DNA of 58,773 bases, the filler included, from Catajapyx aquilonaris (taxonomy: Eukaryota): the NCBI GenBank assembly GCA_000934665.2. It is 4 parts of 4 records of this genome, joined end to end, with 100 filler letters (N's around TTAATTAATTAA, not from the genome) between each part and the next. Parts side by side here need not be neighbours in the genome. Positions count along the whole stretch, not along the records: positions 1 to 14,557 come from JYFJ02007744.1; 3 more parts are not named here. One strand, given 5' to 3'. The notes under the pieces were generated by a model. The model searched no databases, was not told the origin of the DNA, and saw only the letters and a list, made by a program, of their open reading frames with translations. The position numbers and the translations under genes were made by a program. Positions 1-14,657 of the stretch are shown here, one piece after another; position 1 is the stretch's first letter; every line of letters starts with the position of its first letter.

Positions 1-3000
1 ATAGGAAAGTGCCGTATATCGGTCGTATTTTATGCAAAGGTTTTCGCGGCCGTTTCATAGTCGATAACTATCTTGAGACAGGTGCAGGAAATAGGCAGAG
101 TTTGGGGTCTGCACATTTGGCAGATGCCCTTTCGGTTGTTCGGAACATAAAATCGGGAAATTGCGAGAGGATTTGGATACAGAATTGCTTGTTGGAGTAA
201 TAATGCCTGCGGGGGTATATGAAGGTTTTGGATGCCATTTATTTTCGTATTTAATACAGTTGAATGTCACTTTAGGTTACGGGGAGGCGTACAGTGTAAT
301 TAGAGTTCGTGGAGTGCAGTGTACTGTAATTGCCTCGTTATGAATTTTAAATACCGCCTGGGACCCCTTTTTATACTCTCACATACAAGCAATAAATGGC
401 CTAATATTAGCTTTAAATGTTTATAAAAAGATGTCGGCATGAAGAAACTCACTTTGTGTTTATATCTATTTCTGACCGCGGATTTCTTGCTGTACCGTCA
501 GGTGTACTGTACAGTCTCATGCCAGTTCAGGTTTTATGCAATGTACCAATCAAATTGTCCTGTAATAATCAGCAGGTACTTTAATACAGTAGACCTAATA
601 GTAAGTACATACTTTCATGACAAATGTGTAACATTCTTGTCCATATACATACGGTATGTAAAGCAAAAAGTTTGTCCATATGTATGTCACGGCTATTTAA
701 CCCACTTTCGGAGTACTGAGAGTACTGAAACTTGGCACACTGACGTCTTACGTGCCGCTGATGTAGGAATAAGTTCGAAAACTTCAATTTAAATGGGTAG
801 GATTTCTTGTTTCGTTAAATGATGTTTTGGTGTCTCATCTGCAGAAATTGTGGCACAGATTCCTTTTATTTATCAATCACCTGCTAGTTAAACATAAATT
901 GAAGGCAAATGTCAGTAGATAAAATTGAAGAGTAACCATGGAATAGTATTCCCGTATATAGAACCTCCCACTCCTTTCATGTGAAGGGCTTTTCTTCCTT
1001 TGTGAAAAACATAATATTGGTTTAGTCAGTCGCAATATGCCCGCGCTATTATGTAGTCCCTTTGATGAAAACCTGCTTGTATCAGAAGCGCTATATACGT
1101 TGCTGTATAGGCCTAACGATCCAGAAGCTTCATACAAGGAGCCAAAAAAAAGTACTGTTGTTTGAAGCTTCCGTACATAAAAATTCAATTGGTCTCCGTG
1201 CAATTGTTGTGCCAAAAAAAAGTTCTCAACTCTTGTGGGAAATGATAGGCCAGAACCTGATCACAAGTAGACAAAAAAGTAAAGAAATAAAACTTCTTTT
1301 TTTCCTTCTCTTTCCGTCCATCAAGAGTTTCCCCGAGAGGTTTTCCTCCTAGTCGATAACGTCCTACTCCTTCTCTTCTGGATTCCTAATTGAACCCTGG
1401 CCTGCAATTGATCCGCAGAGAAACTGCTCTGCTATACTTCCCACTCAAGCGGACCCTGTCCACCCATACCATCCTTTTCGTCGTATGACCTGCACGTGGA
1501 CACTGCCCATTTTGAGGGGGGTAATTCCCAAAAGGACGTGACCTTTTTCCAGCAAGTCGTGACAGGTTACGTTTATATTTCAGTTGACGTTTTTTTTTCT
1601 CCACGTATCATCACATGTGGGCTAGACCGGATCGGACGTGACGCGTGACGTTGAGCGATAAATTTCTGCGATTAGTTTTGTGTGCGACAATTTATACACG
1701 TCACGTTTCGCATGACTTTATTCGACTTGTGCTCGATTAATTAATTCCTTTCGCGTCCAGGGAAATTACGCGGGTTGTAATGAAACGGCTCGAAACTGGC
1801 AGAAAATGCTGTGCATATTTTTTTTATGCCCAACCCGTTCGCGAATTAAATCCTGATTACCGGAATCAATTTGCCGGAGCTGGCGAGAAATATTGCGCGA
1901 TTTAATCCAGCTTGAGAAATGGAGTGAGAATGGACATTTTTCGCCGGTTTTCGAGACAGTTCTGAATGAAAAAAAAATATCTAGCATGCAACCCAATGTG
2001 TAGCATACAAGGTATGCAATTACACCTCATGTGTTCGCATGGAATTTCTTTGAAACTTTCCATTTTTTTTTAAACGCAACTTTGAGCTCTCCTTTGATAA
2101 TAGCATCTATGTACTAGATGGAACGATTCTGAAACACCCTTAAATTGAAAATTTTCAGCTTCGACCCCATTGTTCAGAGACTAATATCCGTTCCGCCTCC
2201 GACGCGACGCCTTACTCAGTCTTCTTTGCCACTCGGCCATTAGTCGAACGCGCCAAGAAAAAGAGATAAAAAAAAGAAGAAAAGGGGGCGTACAGGGAAT
2301 AAATCTTCATTCCCAATGCTGAAATCCCTCTATTAGCCTGGAAGAGTTTGGGCGAGCAATATAAGGCGAGGAAATGGCAGCCTAGGAGAATCTCCTGGTC
2401 CTGCTGACGTCACTTTGTGTGTATATATAGTAGAGAGAGAGAAAAAAAAAAAGGCATAGGAGAAGACCTACTCCTGTTTCTTGAGACCGATTGCGTGCGA
2501 TGTAAGGACAAGAAGCCTTCCTTGTATCCAATTCCAGTTGCCTGGAGACCGTCCGCAAATTGGAGCCGGCTCTTTTCTTGTGGGCGTCTCACTACAGGGG
2601 GTGTAGATATGACTTATCTTTCTGGCCTGTATTTTTTTTAGGCAGGCGGCACAGTGCTAATGTAAATTTTTTATTGGTTAGAAGAAGCCTAGAACTGCTT
2701 CCTAGTGTTCAATGCAAATTTCGACACCACTTGTATAAAATATTTCAGAGTATGTCTTCTGAAAATACTGTGTGGTTTCAGCCTGCTTAAATTCCTTATC
2801 AAATTAGCACCGTGGCTTTTCCATTGCCAAGAAGCAGAATGGGAATCGTACATTTATTTGGGCGAACAGGGCCCTTGTGGAGTCGAAATGGTCCAGAAGC
2901 CATTTCGGCACTACCAAAATCCAGGTTTCTTCCCCCTGCAAGAAGACGGTACTATTATACGACTAGAAGCATACGCTGAACACATAAAAAATCTCCTGAT

Positions 3001-5241
3001 CCAGCATCCACCTCTTGGGAAAAGAGCTTCCAGTTTTTTTTATGAGGGTGCACCACGAATGAAAAGCGAGTCTGACCATGAACCCACATAAAGAAGGACA
3101 TAAGCTCCGGTATACTGTATAGTCTTCCTTTCCTTGCGAAGACGATTTACCTCTCAAAAAATGGACAATTCATTTCTTAGATACACAGAAGCGCTCTTGA
3201 GAGCCTCTCCGGTATAATCAACAATACAAAGAAGCGCAATTTTCAGGACGACGTCAATAGTGGGCTAGAAAAGACGTCTCTCTTTTTTTTTTCGAGCCGA
3301 CATTTTGAGTCATGGGCTTTCCTGATGCGGTACAGTCCAACTTGAATGCGGCTAGACACCATCATCACCCACAGGTCCGCGACCAATTGGAAAGGACGCA
3401 CTCAGGGAGCCATCAAGTTCCACCGGAAGAGTGTTGGATGTTAAAAGGAGGAAACGAGCTGCTTCGCAAAGAGTCTGTCCTGGGCGTAAAATGGCGCCGT
3501 AAACCAAGTGCTGATGCCGCAAAGTGGAGCACCGGCAATGCCAAATCGCGGGCTTTTTGCACGACGATGAGGACGGAGGCGTGATTTTAGGAAGGGGGGG
3601 GAGGGGGATTCCTGTGGGGTGCTTAAGAGAGGAATATGAGTGGAACGATTATGGTCCGATGGCTCCTAAACGGGTTCAAGCACTGTCGGAATTGTTTTAA
3701 AGCTGGGTTCGTATGAGCGCCATCTTCAGGTCGATAGCGATACTATCAGCAACAACCGACAGAGAGAATAAGCCTATTAGGAGAAAGATGATCACTCACG
3801 AGTTTAAATCTGAAATTTCCTAAGACAATAGCTCGTGTGAATTTGCATTATATGACCTGTCCATATGAAGCGTAATTCCACCAACGTAGATGAATTTTAA
3901 GTCATCATTATTATTTTGTGGAGGTGTATGGCGTGAACAATATTTTCCTGCGGAGGAGTTCGAGTCATCACGCACAGGAACGATGCTGAAGTATAGATCG
4001 CACAAAATCACGCAACATTTTGGTGCTCTTGCACCTTGATTATTATAATTTGTCTCTGATGGCAGGTTTCGAGCTACACAGTCATGTAAAAGTTGTTCAT
4101 TACGTGCTGTACCATATCATGTGCGTCTGATTTATATTCCTGGAACGTAGGTCAGGTATTGTGTACATCCGTGACGTTACAGTATTGGAAAGATAATGAA
4201 AGGTACAAACTTGTTTTAAACGAGCATTTAAGTCCCTTCCGGACCGCTTACATCTTCCTCCATTTTGTACAGTACATGCATGACTGTTTACGTACTAAAA
4301 GGCTGGATGTTACGGTGTCCCATACCATCAACGTCACTGGGTCGACTCTCGGGAAAGGACGTGCCATCAAGTGAGCCAATATTCTGTCTGCGCAGATAGA
4401 AGCACATGTACTGACGCACCCAACGTTTTACGACCCATTACTCGCTAATGAGGTTTGCAAGCTTTTATTGGCCCCTTGGATAACTGCGGCGGCTAATAAT
4501 GAAGGATATCATAATGATCTCGAGTCCCTGTAGGAGAGTGGGGGCCATGCTTTCCCAACGTTCCCTTCCTGAAATGGACAGGAGAGGCAGGATTTTGTGG
4601 GGAGTCCACTGCAAACACACCACCCGCTTCTTAATGGACGCAATTTGGCTGAATTATGGGGGACACACACTTTCGTCAACAATCAGCTGCCCTAATGAGC
4701 CCAGCCATGTTGGGGAAATGATCAAGCCAAGGCAGACCCGACTGCTGGATCCGAATAAAGCACTTTTCTGGATTATAAAGACGGAGACGCGTTTTGTGTC
4801 CGCTTTTTTTCCAAGGTAGTAATCCGTTTTTGGATCTAGTGCTCTTAATTTGGGTTGGACCACCAGAAAGATTAAGGTTGGAATCAGAGTGGTGCGCAAA
4901 CTGATTCCGATTAGGCCGCATGTGATGTTCATTAGTGCGGATCTATGATGTAATTGATTTTTTTTTGGGCGATGCACTTCAAATAATTAAATGGTCGCAA
5001 TCAGTTGAACTAAGCCAATAGGCGGATAATGTCATTATCTCTTAGGCTGGTTAACATGTTAGTGCAATATATTGTTGTTGCCAAATTTTTCATTACGTAA
5101 GTTGCGGTGTTGTCAACTTTGCTACTTTTCGATGAACCCTGGTTAACTCATAATATTCTCTCATAAATTAGGGTGTAATTTAAAATATATATATATTCTC
5201 TCATAACACTGTACTCATCAACAAACAAATTGCAACGTTTA

Positions 5242-5329
5242 ATTTTAAACGGTTCTGGCACGGCTTACAAACGGAAAGAGAAAATATTTTCTCTTTCCGT
5301 TTGTAAGCCGTGCCAGAACCGTTTAAAAT
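5242..5329. repeat. Perfect 88-bp palindrome with no spacer
   Basis: 5242-5285 is the exact reverse complement of 5286-5329; it extends to 5235-5336 with one mismatch. Confidence 0.95.
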
Positions 5330-8300
5330 GAAACGTCGTAATTAAAATTTGCGGTTTAAATTTTAAACATATCTTAAGGCAAGCCTCGTTTTATAAACGT
5401 TTCTCTTGAATACATTTTACATTCATGAGCATGCGTGTGTGTATACTGTGCGCATTGTAGGCTACTAAAAGTGCTTTTTATCATCTCCGTAGCTGTCGGC
5501 AGGATTAACATTACGCCCATGTTTTCGCTTTACCAAAAGCACGCCACTAAAGAGGAAGGAACTTGAAGCTTCTGGATCAGAGGCAATTTACAACTAATTG
5601 GAGCTTGCAACTTGACGACAGAGGCTGCTGGTTCCGAGAAGAAAGTACGTGAGATTATGGAGCCCTTCCTTGGCAAGCCATTCGGTTCAGGAGAACCATA
5701 AATCAGTGCATTTTCGCCTAACTGCCCAGACTAGTTATTAGGTCTAACACAGTAAGGCTTGGCATTGATTACCTTTTGACAATACAGTCGGCTATTTACG
5801 ACGTCGATACAGTTTTTCTGTCGACTGTACACATACAGTAACATTTAGCTCATTGATATATGATGGTATAAACCGGATGTGTACATTTGTGTATACTGCA
5901 CATTGATATGAATTATTAACTTCGATCTAATTGGCAATATTTGGCCAAGCCATATTTGTTCAGCAAGTCGGCAATCGATTGCACCAAAATATAGTTTCAT
6001 AATTACACGGTTGCTGGTCTTGTCTGATTGCCGCATGTATACAAGTATCACAATATTTTTTTAAAAAAACTTTCGGATATTGGCTCCAAAAGTTTGGAAA
6101 CCACCGAACATTGTACGAGGTAAACTTTTTTTCCCGGCCTGTTGCTGGCGCTCGTGGAAAAGTCAGATCAGATGCCGAAAGGGGCTTCGGTTGAAAAACT
6201 TTTTTGATCTGTTGTACAGACTTTTAGAAAACGCCGGCGCCACTGGTATGTTAGGTTCAAAGAATTTTTCAACCATCCGGTATGATTACAAGCTAACTTT
6301 TGATTTTCTAGTTTTGCGACGTTTAATGTAAAAGGTTGGAAATATGTGGCGGGTACACATCAAATGTTGCAATAAATAATCATTCGTGCGTGAACGCTAC
6401 ACTCAAAATGTAAACGTTACTGTACAGTATATTTTCAGCAAGTTTAAGCTAAAGTTATACAGCAAGCTAAAGTTCTCTTAGGTAAGCGCAGAGAGGAAAT
6501 AATGGGGAAAAAATCGACATCATTCTCATTATAATGCGAAAAGCAAAAAAAAAACCCGTTGTTTGCTTGGCGCGACACTGAATTTTGATTATTTTTCCAG
6601 AGCATTCATATTTCTTATTGACCTTTCAAGAAGTGGCCGTATAAATGTTGACTTAGGAACAAGGCTATAAGCAAAAAAAAATATATTCTCAACTCCGCGA
6701 AACCAAATTCCGCACTGATGAGTGTCTATAATTATTCCATTTACAAATTCATCGATATATAGTCCTTGGAAGTTGCGTCCCTACTAATATTATACCACAG
6801 ATATCACGTTCAAACTCAATCAACCATCAGCTTATTTAAATATCAAATATCAGAAATTCCAATACTTTCATCATAACTATGTGGCTTCCATTCCGCCAAT
6901 CTAATTTTTTTCCACCTTGGCACGTCCTTTTGCAATTTCCGGCCCCCAAACTGAGTTCAATCCCCGAAGTGTTTCTCTGCCATTTTCTGCGACGACTCCT
7001 TGCCGAAGCCTCATTCTGTCCCCCACACAATGAACCAGAATTGAATCACACAAGTGCACCGTGGGTGTACAGATTGCTCCTCTTTTCATACAGGTTATTT
7101 ACCCGCAAGCCACATTTTTTTTTTTTACTCAATACTCATGATTCCCCCAGCACCTTTCTACCGTAATCCCAAGCTCCTTTCATGGTGGACGTAGAGGACT
7201 CAGAGGAGTGGAAAAGGGAATTCGGGATCCGGGTCCAAATTAGCGTCATTTGCAGTCAGAAGGAGCTGGCATTTTGGAAAGGGAGGCACAGTCGCAGGGT
7301 CCAGAGGCATGTTGGCTAATGAGTGTTTCTGTGATAGGCAAGGGTGGGGGGGATATAACCAGTTTAGCCTTTTCTGTGTTGGTTCACGCTGGACCATGAG
7401 ATGAATATGGATTTAGTCAACTTGGTGGAGCCGGACTTATTTTGAGGATGAAAAGTGCCATACTGAGATTGGATATGTAATATGAACACAAGAATCCAGG
7501 GATCGCTTTTCAATGATATTAATTTGTTGTAAAATTTCGCTCGGTTTTCTATGATGAACATGAGCCCAGGTTCTGAGTAAGATTTGCTTCTTATTTGGAT
7601 TCCAACAGACTGATATTCTCGTATGATAATTTTCCTCTGTTTCCAATTCGTAGACTATTCCCATATGGTACAGACGAAAGAAGTGGAAGATCCGATAGCC
7701 TGTTGGTTATTTTCCAGAATGTCAACAGGTGAGAAATCGATGTAAGGGCATGGTTCAGGTTGGCCCTACAACGCCCGAATTTTTTTTCCCATGGCCACGT
7801 TTTCATGGATTACATATAGGTTTATTGAGTTATCGCTAACACTATCCTTGACCCATTCATGAATTTCCCCTGGATTCATTTCCCAAGCGGACACTGAATT
7901 TGCAGAGAGGTAGCACTTGAAGTCAGAAACGGCAGCACATTAGTTTACAAAATTGTTTTACGGGCAACACTTCATGGTTAATATTCAGATAAGGCTGGTT
8001 ATATATTTTTTTCTCCCTATAGAGGAAGTAGGGTGACGCATTTTTTTTCTCTCCGAGGAAATGCATTCGACAGGAATCACGGGTCTTGTTGCCATTACCG
8101 CATCTTATACGACTGGCGCATTTCCATACATCCCATCGGAGCCGGTAATAAATTTTCTGCTCTACCTATATACTCTGGTAGCGAGAAAAACTTTTTTTTT
8201 TCTTCCTCAGCTTCCCGTCGGCTCGTTAATGCAAATGCTACCGAATCGATGAAGATGAGTCGCCGTCGCAAATCCGTCCGCAAATAATAATTCGGCCAAT

Positions 8301-11300
8301 CATTTTTAATGACTCCCTGGAAATTTAAAAGTATGATGGATTCCTCGCCAGCTCCTTTGTGGCTTTAGTATTTTTACACGCCGATGCCGCTGGGCTCTTT
8401 ATTTTTTATAAGTCTACAGTATGTAGCCCCCTCTATTGCATGTCGTTATTATGGGCAGGTTTATTACACTTAATGAAGCACTGTCATGGTAGGATCACGT
8501 AGTACTCAGGAGCTTCCCAGACAATTTCGCCGCCATCGAACCCTGTGTATATATCTTTTGAATAAGCTATAAGTGACAGGGGGTCGATTCGAGAGGGTTT
8601 CATTGGGTCACGCGAAATTATACAGTGGCTCATATCAAATTCCCCCACCTGGTTAATAGCAATGAGATGAAATAATGAACATTTACTTATCAGCGTTTAG
8701 GCCACATGCGGCATAAATGTGTTATTAACGAAATGCAAAGGAGCACGAAATTCAACAGTTTACATTGCGTTTACGGTTGGTTTACCAGCCTGAAATGACT
8801 TATTATTTATTACATCTAAAGGTAATTTTGAGGTCATATGCCAAATGAAACTGTTATAAACACATCTGTGCCAAGAAGGAATTGCAATATTTATCGTCAT
8901 AAGAACAGTGCAATCAAAAAAATTGCACATATTTTTCTGAATTTTTTTGTGTACCTTACAGCAGAGTCGAATTATTGGAAAACTGATATTATTAACATGG
9001 ATTTCTGACACACTCATTATTGGTGGAAAACTTTACTTTTCGGATTAGCAGCATGCACTCAGCGTGCGGATACAGTTAACGCTTGGCAATAATAAATTTT
9101 GCAATGCACTTCACTTCAAGAATCAACAAGCTTTGGTCGACTATCCCAAACATTGATGAATTTTCAATCCCACAGTGGACTTTAGAGGAAGCGGGTTTTC
9201 CTTACGGGACTTTGCAAATCCCTCGGGCTCTTAGCCGGCAATCGAGGAATTCAAATACCTCCTGGCGAATCCCCCATCTCTTGGATTAAATAAATATTAC
9301 CTTTCCCTCGTACTTCTTACACGCACTGTTTTCCACCCTTAAAAATGTCTCCCTTTTGTGTGCTACATAAAACGCTGACCGCAATGCAGTGAGCTCAGGA
9401 GAAATGGTGTACATATTATGCACCGCAATTTCTGTCCAAAACTTTGGTGCGATTTGCTATCCTGATGCATATTCATCAGGTGTGTAGGTTGTTGGCTATT
9501 AGAACAACCGAGGCCAAAGCCCTGAGAGGTCAGATCCAAATGGATGTGAACCGAATGGGTTCCTCCTTTAATTAACGTGGTAATTCCCCCAGGCTAGAGT
9601 CTAAAGGACAGTGATGTACACAGACAGGAGATTGGACACTTCCGGGAACTATCGGGGAAAATTCAGATTAATTTCTCCAATCAGCACCGTTTTCTCAGTT
9701 AATGCACAAGCAATCTGGCCAAAAACATCGGCCCAGTGAATTTTTTCAGCTGCAAGGTTTAATTACTGTTGTACTACCGTTGATGAGGAGAGTCCATAAC
9801 CGGAACTAATTTGCCAATAATTACGCAGACTGTTTTTTCTAATTATGCTAGGCGAAACTCACAACTTGCATATAGGGGTGCGCAACATGTTTCATAATCC
9901 CCACTCTCTTTTTTTCTGCCAGTTTCACAATAAACCGCAACAAGTTTCGCCCATCATGCCCGATCCACACGATATCGAATCGCAGGTGTCAAAAGGGACT
10001 AGAAACAAAGGGTGCGCCGCCAACATCACAAAGGCTCAAAAATAAACATGAGGTTATCCTACCAATTTTTTTTATATATCTCTAACAATCGAAGCAAATG
10101 GACCATATGTGTGCCCCACCCATATATACATTTTTTTTTTTTGCGGTCACAATGACGATCAACCAGCCTTCTTCTAAAGGCCACGGATCGATAGCCCAGA
10201 CCGTGGCGCCCATTAAGACAATATTTGCTCTCGGAAAAGCGGAACAGATGTCAACCTGTGCCGCGTTACTAATGATGATGGCCATGTCTAAAGACCGTTC
10301 GTATCGGATTGCAACTAATGACCCTTCTAATTCATCGGCATGTTTCAACATAAATAAGCGACATAATATAATAATATATTATTTTTAATAATGTACGAAC
10401 CTTCTTCGACATATGGTATAGCGCAGACGGCGTGCAGGAGCAGCAGCAGAGCGCACACTGTGAGGATGATTTGGGCACGCATGATGACCGAAGACCTTTT
10501 TTTTGTTGTTGTTTTGTATTTTGCAAAGTGTGCGAAATAAGGGGAGGATATTTTTTTGTAAATTGGGGGGGATAAAAGGAAGAGTGGTCTTTCGGAGGCT
10601 GCAGTTACCGGCCTTCTGGATCGGAACCCGAAGCCCCCACCCTGTTTTTACCCGCCTCTCCTGCGACGCACACGCCGTCGCGCGCAGACCTTGACGTCAC
10701 CGTACCTTCCCTCCTATTATGGCCAAAGTGACGTCCTGCAACATGCCGCCCCCGAACCGGCTCGGCTGTACAAACCCTTGTTGCATTCAGAATATATATG
10801 CGCCCACGCGGTTATTGTGCGACTTTTGGACTGCAAAATGTCGCCAGTCCATCGGGTCTAATCGGGCGTCATTTGACTTGTTGCGTCATATCTTACGTGC
10901 TACGTACTCTTGCACTGTGGTACTTTCCCAAAAGTATGTGGCCACAGTACGGTACAGTACATCATTGACATTGTACGCCTGTGGGTTGCACTACCCGTGA
11001 TACAAGGGTGCGGTTGTATACAAGCCAGGATGAAATCGCTGTACATCGATGTCATTGCACTTGGTTATTCTAAATGACATTTTTTCCCCTTGATGAAGCC
11101 TATTTAAATAGCCAGATAAGTTTGTGAAAATCTCTCGTAACATAATCGTGCCATGTGCCAGTTTATTTAGTTTTAAAGAAAATGGCTGAAAGTACATTTT
11201 CTTTCAGTACATTACTCACATGTAGCACGTTCTATAGGGCCGTTACACAAAGAGGTTGCTTGTGGCGTGTTCTGATCTATGATTCAATTTAGTAAAGCAT

Positions 11301-12528
11301 TGAACAAGACTTGCGCCAGTGTCACCTTCAGGACCGAAATTACGTCAATGCTGGTTAATTGAAATCATACCTATGCCTTGTTTACAATCTCCGTCTGGCA
11401 ATGAAGGCTATTCATACGGCATCAAGAGCTGCGTATATTTTTGTCCGTGTCTACCTATACATACAAATTTTTCTGTCTGGGTTTTCTCTCTCTCTCATTA
11501 GCATCGAAAAACAGTCCAATTAGGGCAAGGTGGGCGGACTGCCACAGACTTCGCTTTGTGTACCGGCAGGGTATCATCGATCTTCTATGTATGGCTTTGC
11601 TAATTTTCTGCAAAACTCACCGCAAACACAACAGGCGGTTGATAAACCACATTTTGAAGGGGACACGTGATCACGTCTCTTTGTTTGTTTTTTCCTTTCT
11701 AGATCACGGCCACCTGCTGATAGAATTGAAATGGGGGCGGAGGATATTAAGTCTACAGGTCGTCCAAATGTCGATAGCTACCCGCTGAGATTCAGAAAAG
11801 GTAATTAGACTCGATTCTCCTTCGGCCGGATGATTTTGCAGGCAATTTTCTTGGCTCAAATAAGGTTCGTTATACGACCCTCAAAAAGAAAATGTCGGAG
11901 GAGGAGGGGGAAAAAAGACGTTGAAAATTACTTATTGGCATAAGAGTAAACAAAGGGTGAACGCACTAATGTTGCGACACCTTTTCCTTTTGGCGGCCAC
12001 CCCCCTTCCCTCTTTTCTCATGGGAGTTTGCTAGAAAATTGGATTAGCATCCTAGGGGGGCCAAAGGAGAAGACAAGCACAGGCAAAATTTTCCTGTGAT
12101 GCTCCCTTGGAAGTAGAGTGATAGCCTCTTTGAAGTCAGAGATTGCATTACTGGCACCTCAAAGTGTGAAGGAAGTGGCCGAGTGGCCACGCTTGTGTCT
12201 CCTGTTCCGCGGTGTCAAAGACAAATGGCGACCGCGTCTGTCCCATGGGCCACTGAATCCTCAAGGGAACCGCTTTGAGGAGGAAACTACTTGTCTTGGA
12301 AGACATCTGGATGTATTTATCGTTCACTTTTGTTTAAAAGCAGCCGGTTCATTTATATTTTTCCTAAATTGCTTATTCTCTCCGTCTGCTTTTTTTTTGT
12401 CCGTCCTGATAGTACCACTATCTCTCGCACGAGTTAGTGGCAGGAGTGTGTGGTCTGTGGTGCGCCATCTATGCGTGAAGAATATCACTACGAGGTAAAT
12501 CAGCGGGCCATCTTATTAAAGGGTGGAA

Positions 12529-12585
12529 TTTTCGTCCCACTGCTAGTTACTGCTAAGTTAGCAGTATCTAGCAGTGGGACGAAAA
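12529..12585. repeat. Near-perfect 57-bp inverted repeat / hairpin
   Basis: TTTTCGTCCCACTGCTAG-T-TACTGCTAA-G-TTAGCAGTA-T-CTAGCAGTGGGACGAAAA. Confidence 0.85.
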
Positions 12586-14557
12586 GACACAATAAAGTTG
12601 TTTGATTATTATGTTTTTTTTTTCTTCAAAATTTTAGCAACGGGTTCACTAAATAGGGTCAGTCCAACTGTTGTTGTCATTCCAGACGCGCAATTTACTA
12701 CTGTGCACAGTAATGATTATGCAAAATAAGTCGAGATTAATATTCAATCTAGGTAACTAATCTCATCGGGCTTGTGCATCTGCTCGCCTTAATAGAGCTT
12801 GTTCCTAAGAACCCAGGAGGAAGAATTAAGCCACACCTGGCAGCTGATTAAAAGATATGCACCACACTGGCTGAATCTAGGGATTAAGGGAGGGTACATA
12901 CCCGGAGGCAGATGGGAGACAGTTGGGAATATAACTTGACTCCGGATGCTTAGAGTATACAGTGAAGCAGACAACGCATGAAGACCTTTATAATCCTCGG
13001 AGTGCTGAAGGTCATGGTTTAAATCACATGTATACGGTCACCTTCACATGAACGTACGTTCACCCCACTGCTACTGACCTATTATCCTAACTGTGTTGTT
13101 TCAAAGCTTGAGGGAAGGTCGGTGCATGGTCATACGTATAGGATCCGAAAGAATAATGTTTTCATTGTGTGGATTTGACCGTCGGTGCACCGTTGTCAGG
13201 GCCGAATCACCCGAACGGTATGGTTTTCGAAGCTGTTTACTTGGGAAGCAAACCCGCCCACGGGCTCTCGGACTTTATATGGAGAGACAAATAGTGCACT
13301 CGAGTTGCAGGCAGCCCAATGAATGTTTGAATTGCCTCAAATACAGTAATGCGATATGGAAATTTTGGAGGTGGTGTTCTGTATGCGACCCTAATTAAAA
13401 AATTTTTAGTTACGAAGGGGGTCATCGAGGTTATGGCTATCTAGTTGTATAACCTTCGTGACTAATTACTTAACGTATCTTGTGTAGGCTTTTATAAATC
13501 GACTTAAAAAGGGGTTATGTGCTAATGCTTACTGACCTATAGCATTATAATATTCAAGCCTATAATGAGTGGAATTCTCTGGCTGCATTTAGTGTAATGA
13601 ATTGGACCAGGAACAAACTATGTTTTGCCATACGTTACATAGTATGTCGTCATAATTTAATTAATATCTGAAACTAATTAATATTACACATGTGTACTTG
13701 TACAATGCATGAGCTGTTAAACATTCTGACGCAACAAGAAGGAATGTACTAAATGGAAAATCGACTCCACATTTGTGAGTAATATACATGATAAATGCGG
13801 TATGTAGATATAATTATTCCAGGATACATTTGGCAAGAGTTAATTAATCCCGTCTAGTTCGTTAAATGCTTTTTAGTCACACTGAAGCCAGGAACTAATA
13901 AATCAAGAAAATATTAGAAAGTGACATTTGGCTTCATTCAAATAATGATTGTTTTACCGTGCAACGTTTTCCTGTCCAAGAAATTAAATTCGCAACAAAC
14001 TGGCATTATCCGGTAAAAAATTGAGACCAACCTCTTCTCAGTTACTGATGCTATAATTCTCCAGCTAGATTAAATAAACAACAAATTTCAAGAGTATACT
14101 GTACATTTTAACTCCTAAAATGTTAACAACCTGAGTTCCGGAATAAAACAAACAGAAAACCCTAGGAAAAGCTTGGTCAGAAGCGAGTTTTAATTAAAAT
14201 ATTTGCATTGGAAAAGATGCTCATGATTGCATAGGAACGTGTTCAAATATATGATTACAAAGTGTAAAACATATCAGGTAAACTCGCAGACCTCCAACTC
14301 TCTGAGGGGGCCTTGTAAATGTTTCCCTATGATTAGTATTATACCAATATCCTCCTTTCATGTGGAAGTTTTGCATGGATTTTCTCTCTTTAGCAAACTA
14401 CACTATGTATACTCTATACTTCTTGTTATATTCTGCTATTTAAGAATTTATCACGGTATTCTTCCGAAGCTATATAATGCAAAAGCCAATAATAATTTAT
14501 ACTTCGGGGGCCTGTGCAAATCTAGTAGCATACTTGTACCTTATGAATGAGCCTTAC

Positions 14558-14657
14558 NNNNNNNNNNNNNNNNNNNNNNNNNNNNNNNNNNNNNNNNNNN
14601 NTTAATTAATTAANNNNNNNNNNNNNNNNNNNNNNNNNNNNNNNNNNNNNNNNNNNN
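14558..14657. other. Assembly gap: 100-bp N spacer with artificial TTAATTAATTAA
   Basis: The same 100-bp construct occurs three times; the 12-mer gives stops in all six frames. Confidence 0.95.

Noticed and set aside
13407..13465. Hairpin containing a miR-9-like string (TATGGCTATCTAGTTGTAT)
   Set aside because: Seed mismatched, and the string sits across the loop rather than on an arm.
14602..14613. TTAATTAATTAA repeated three times in the window
   Set aside because: Always centred in a 100-bp N block; an artificial scaffolding spacer, not biology.
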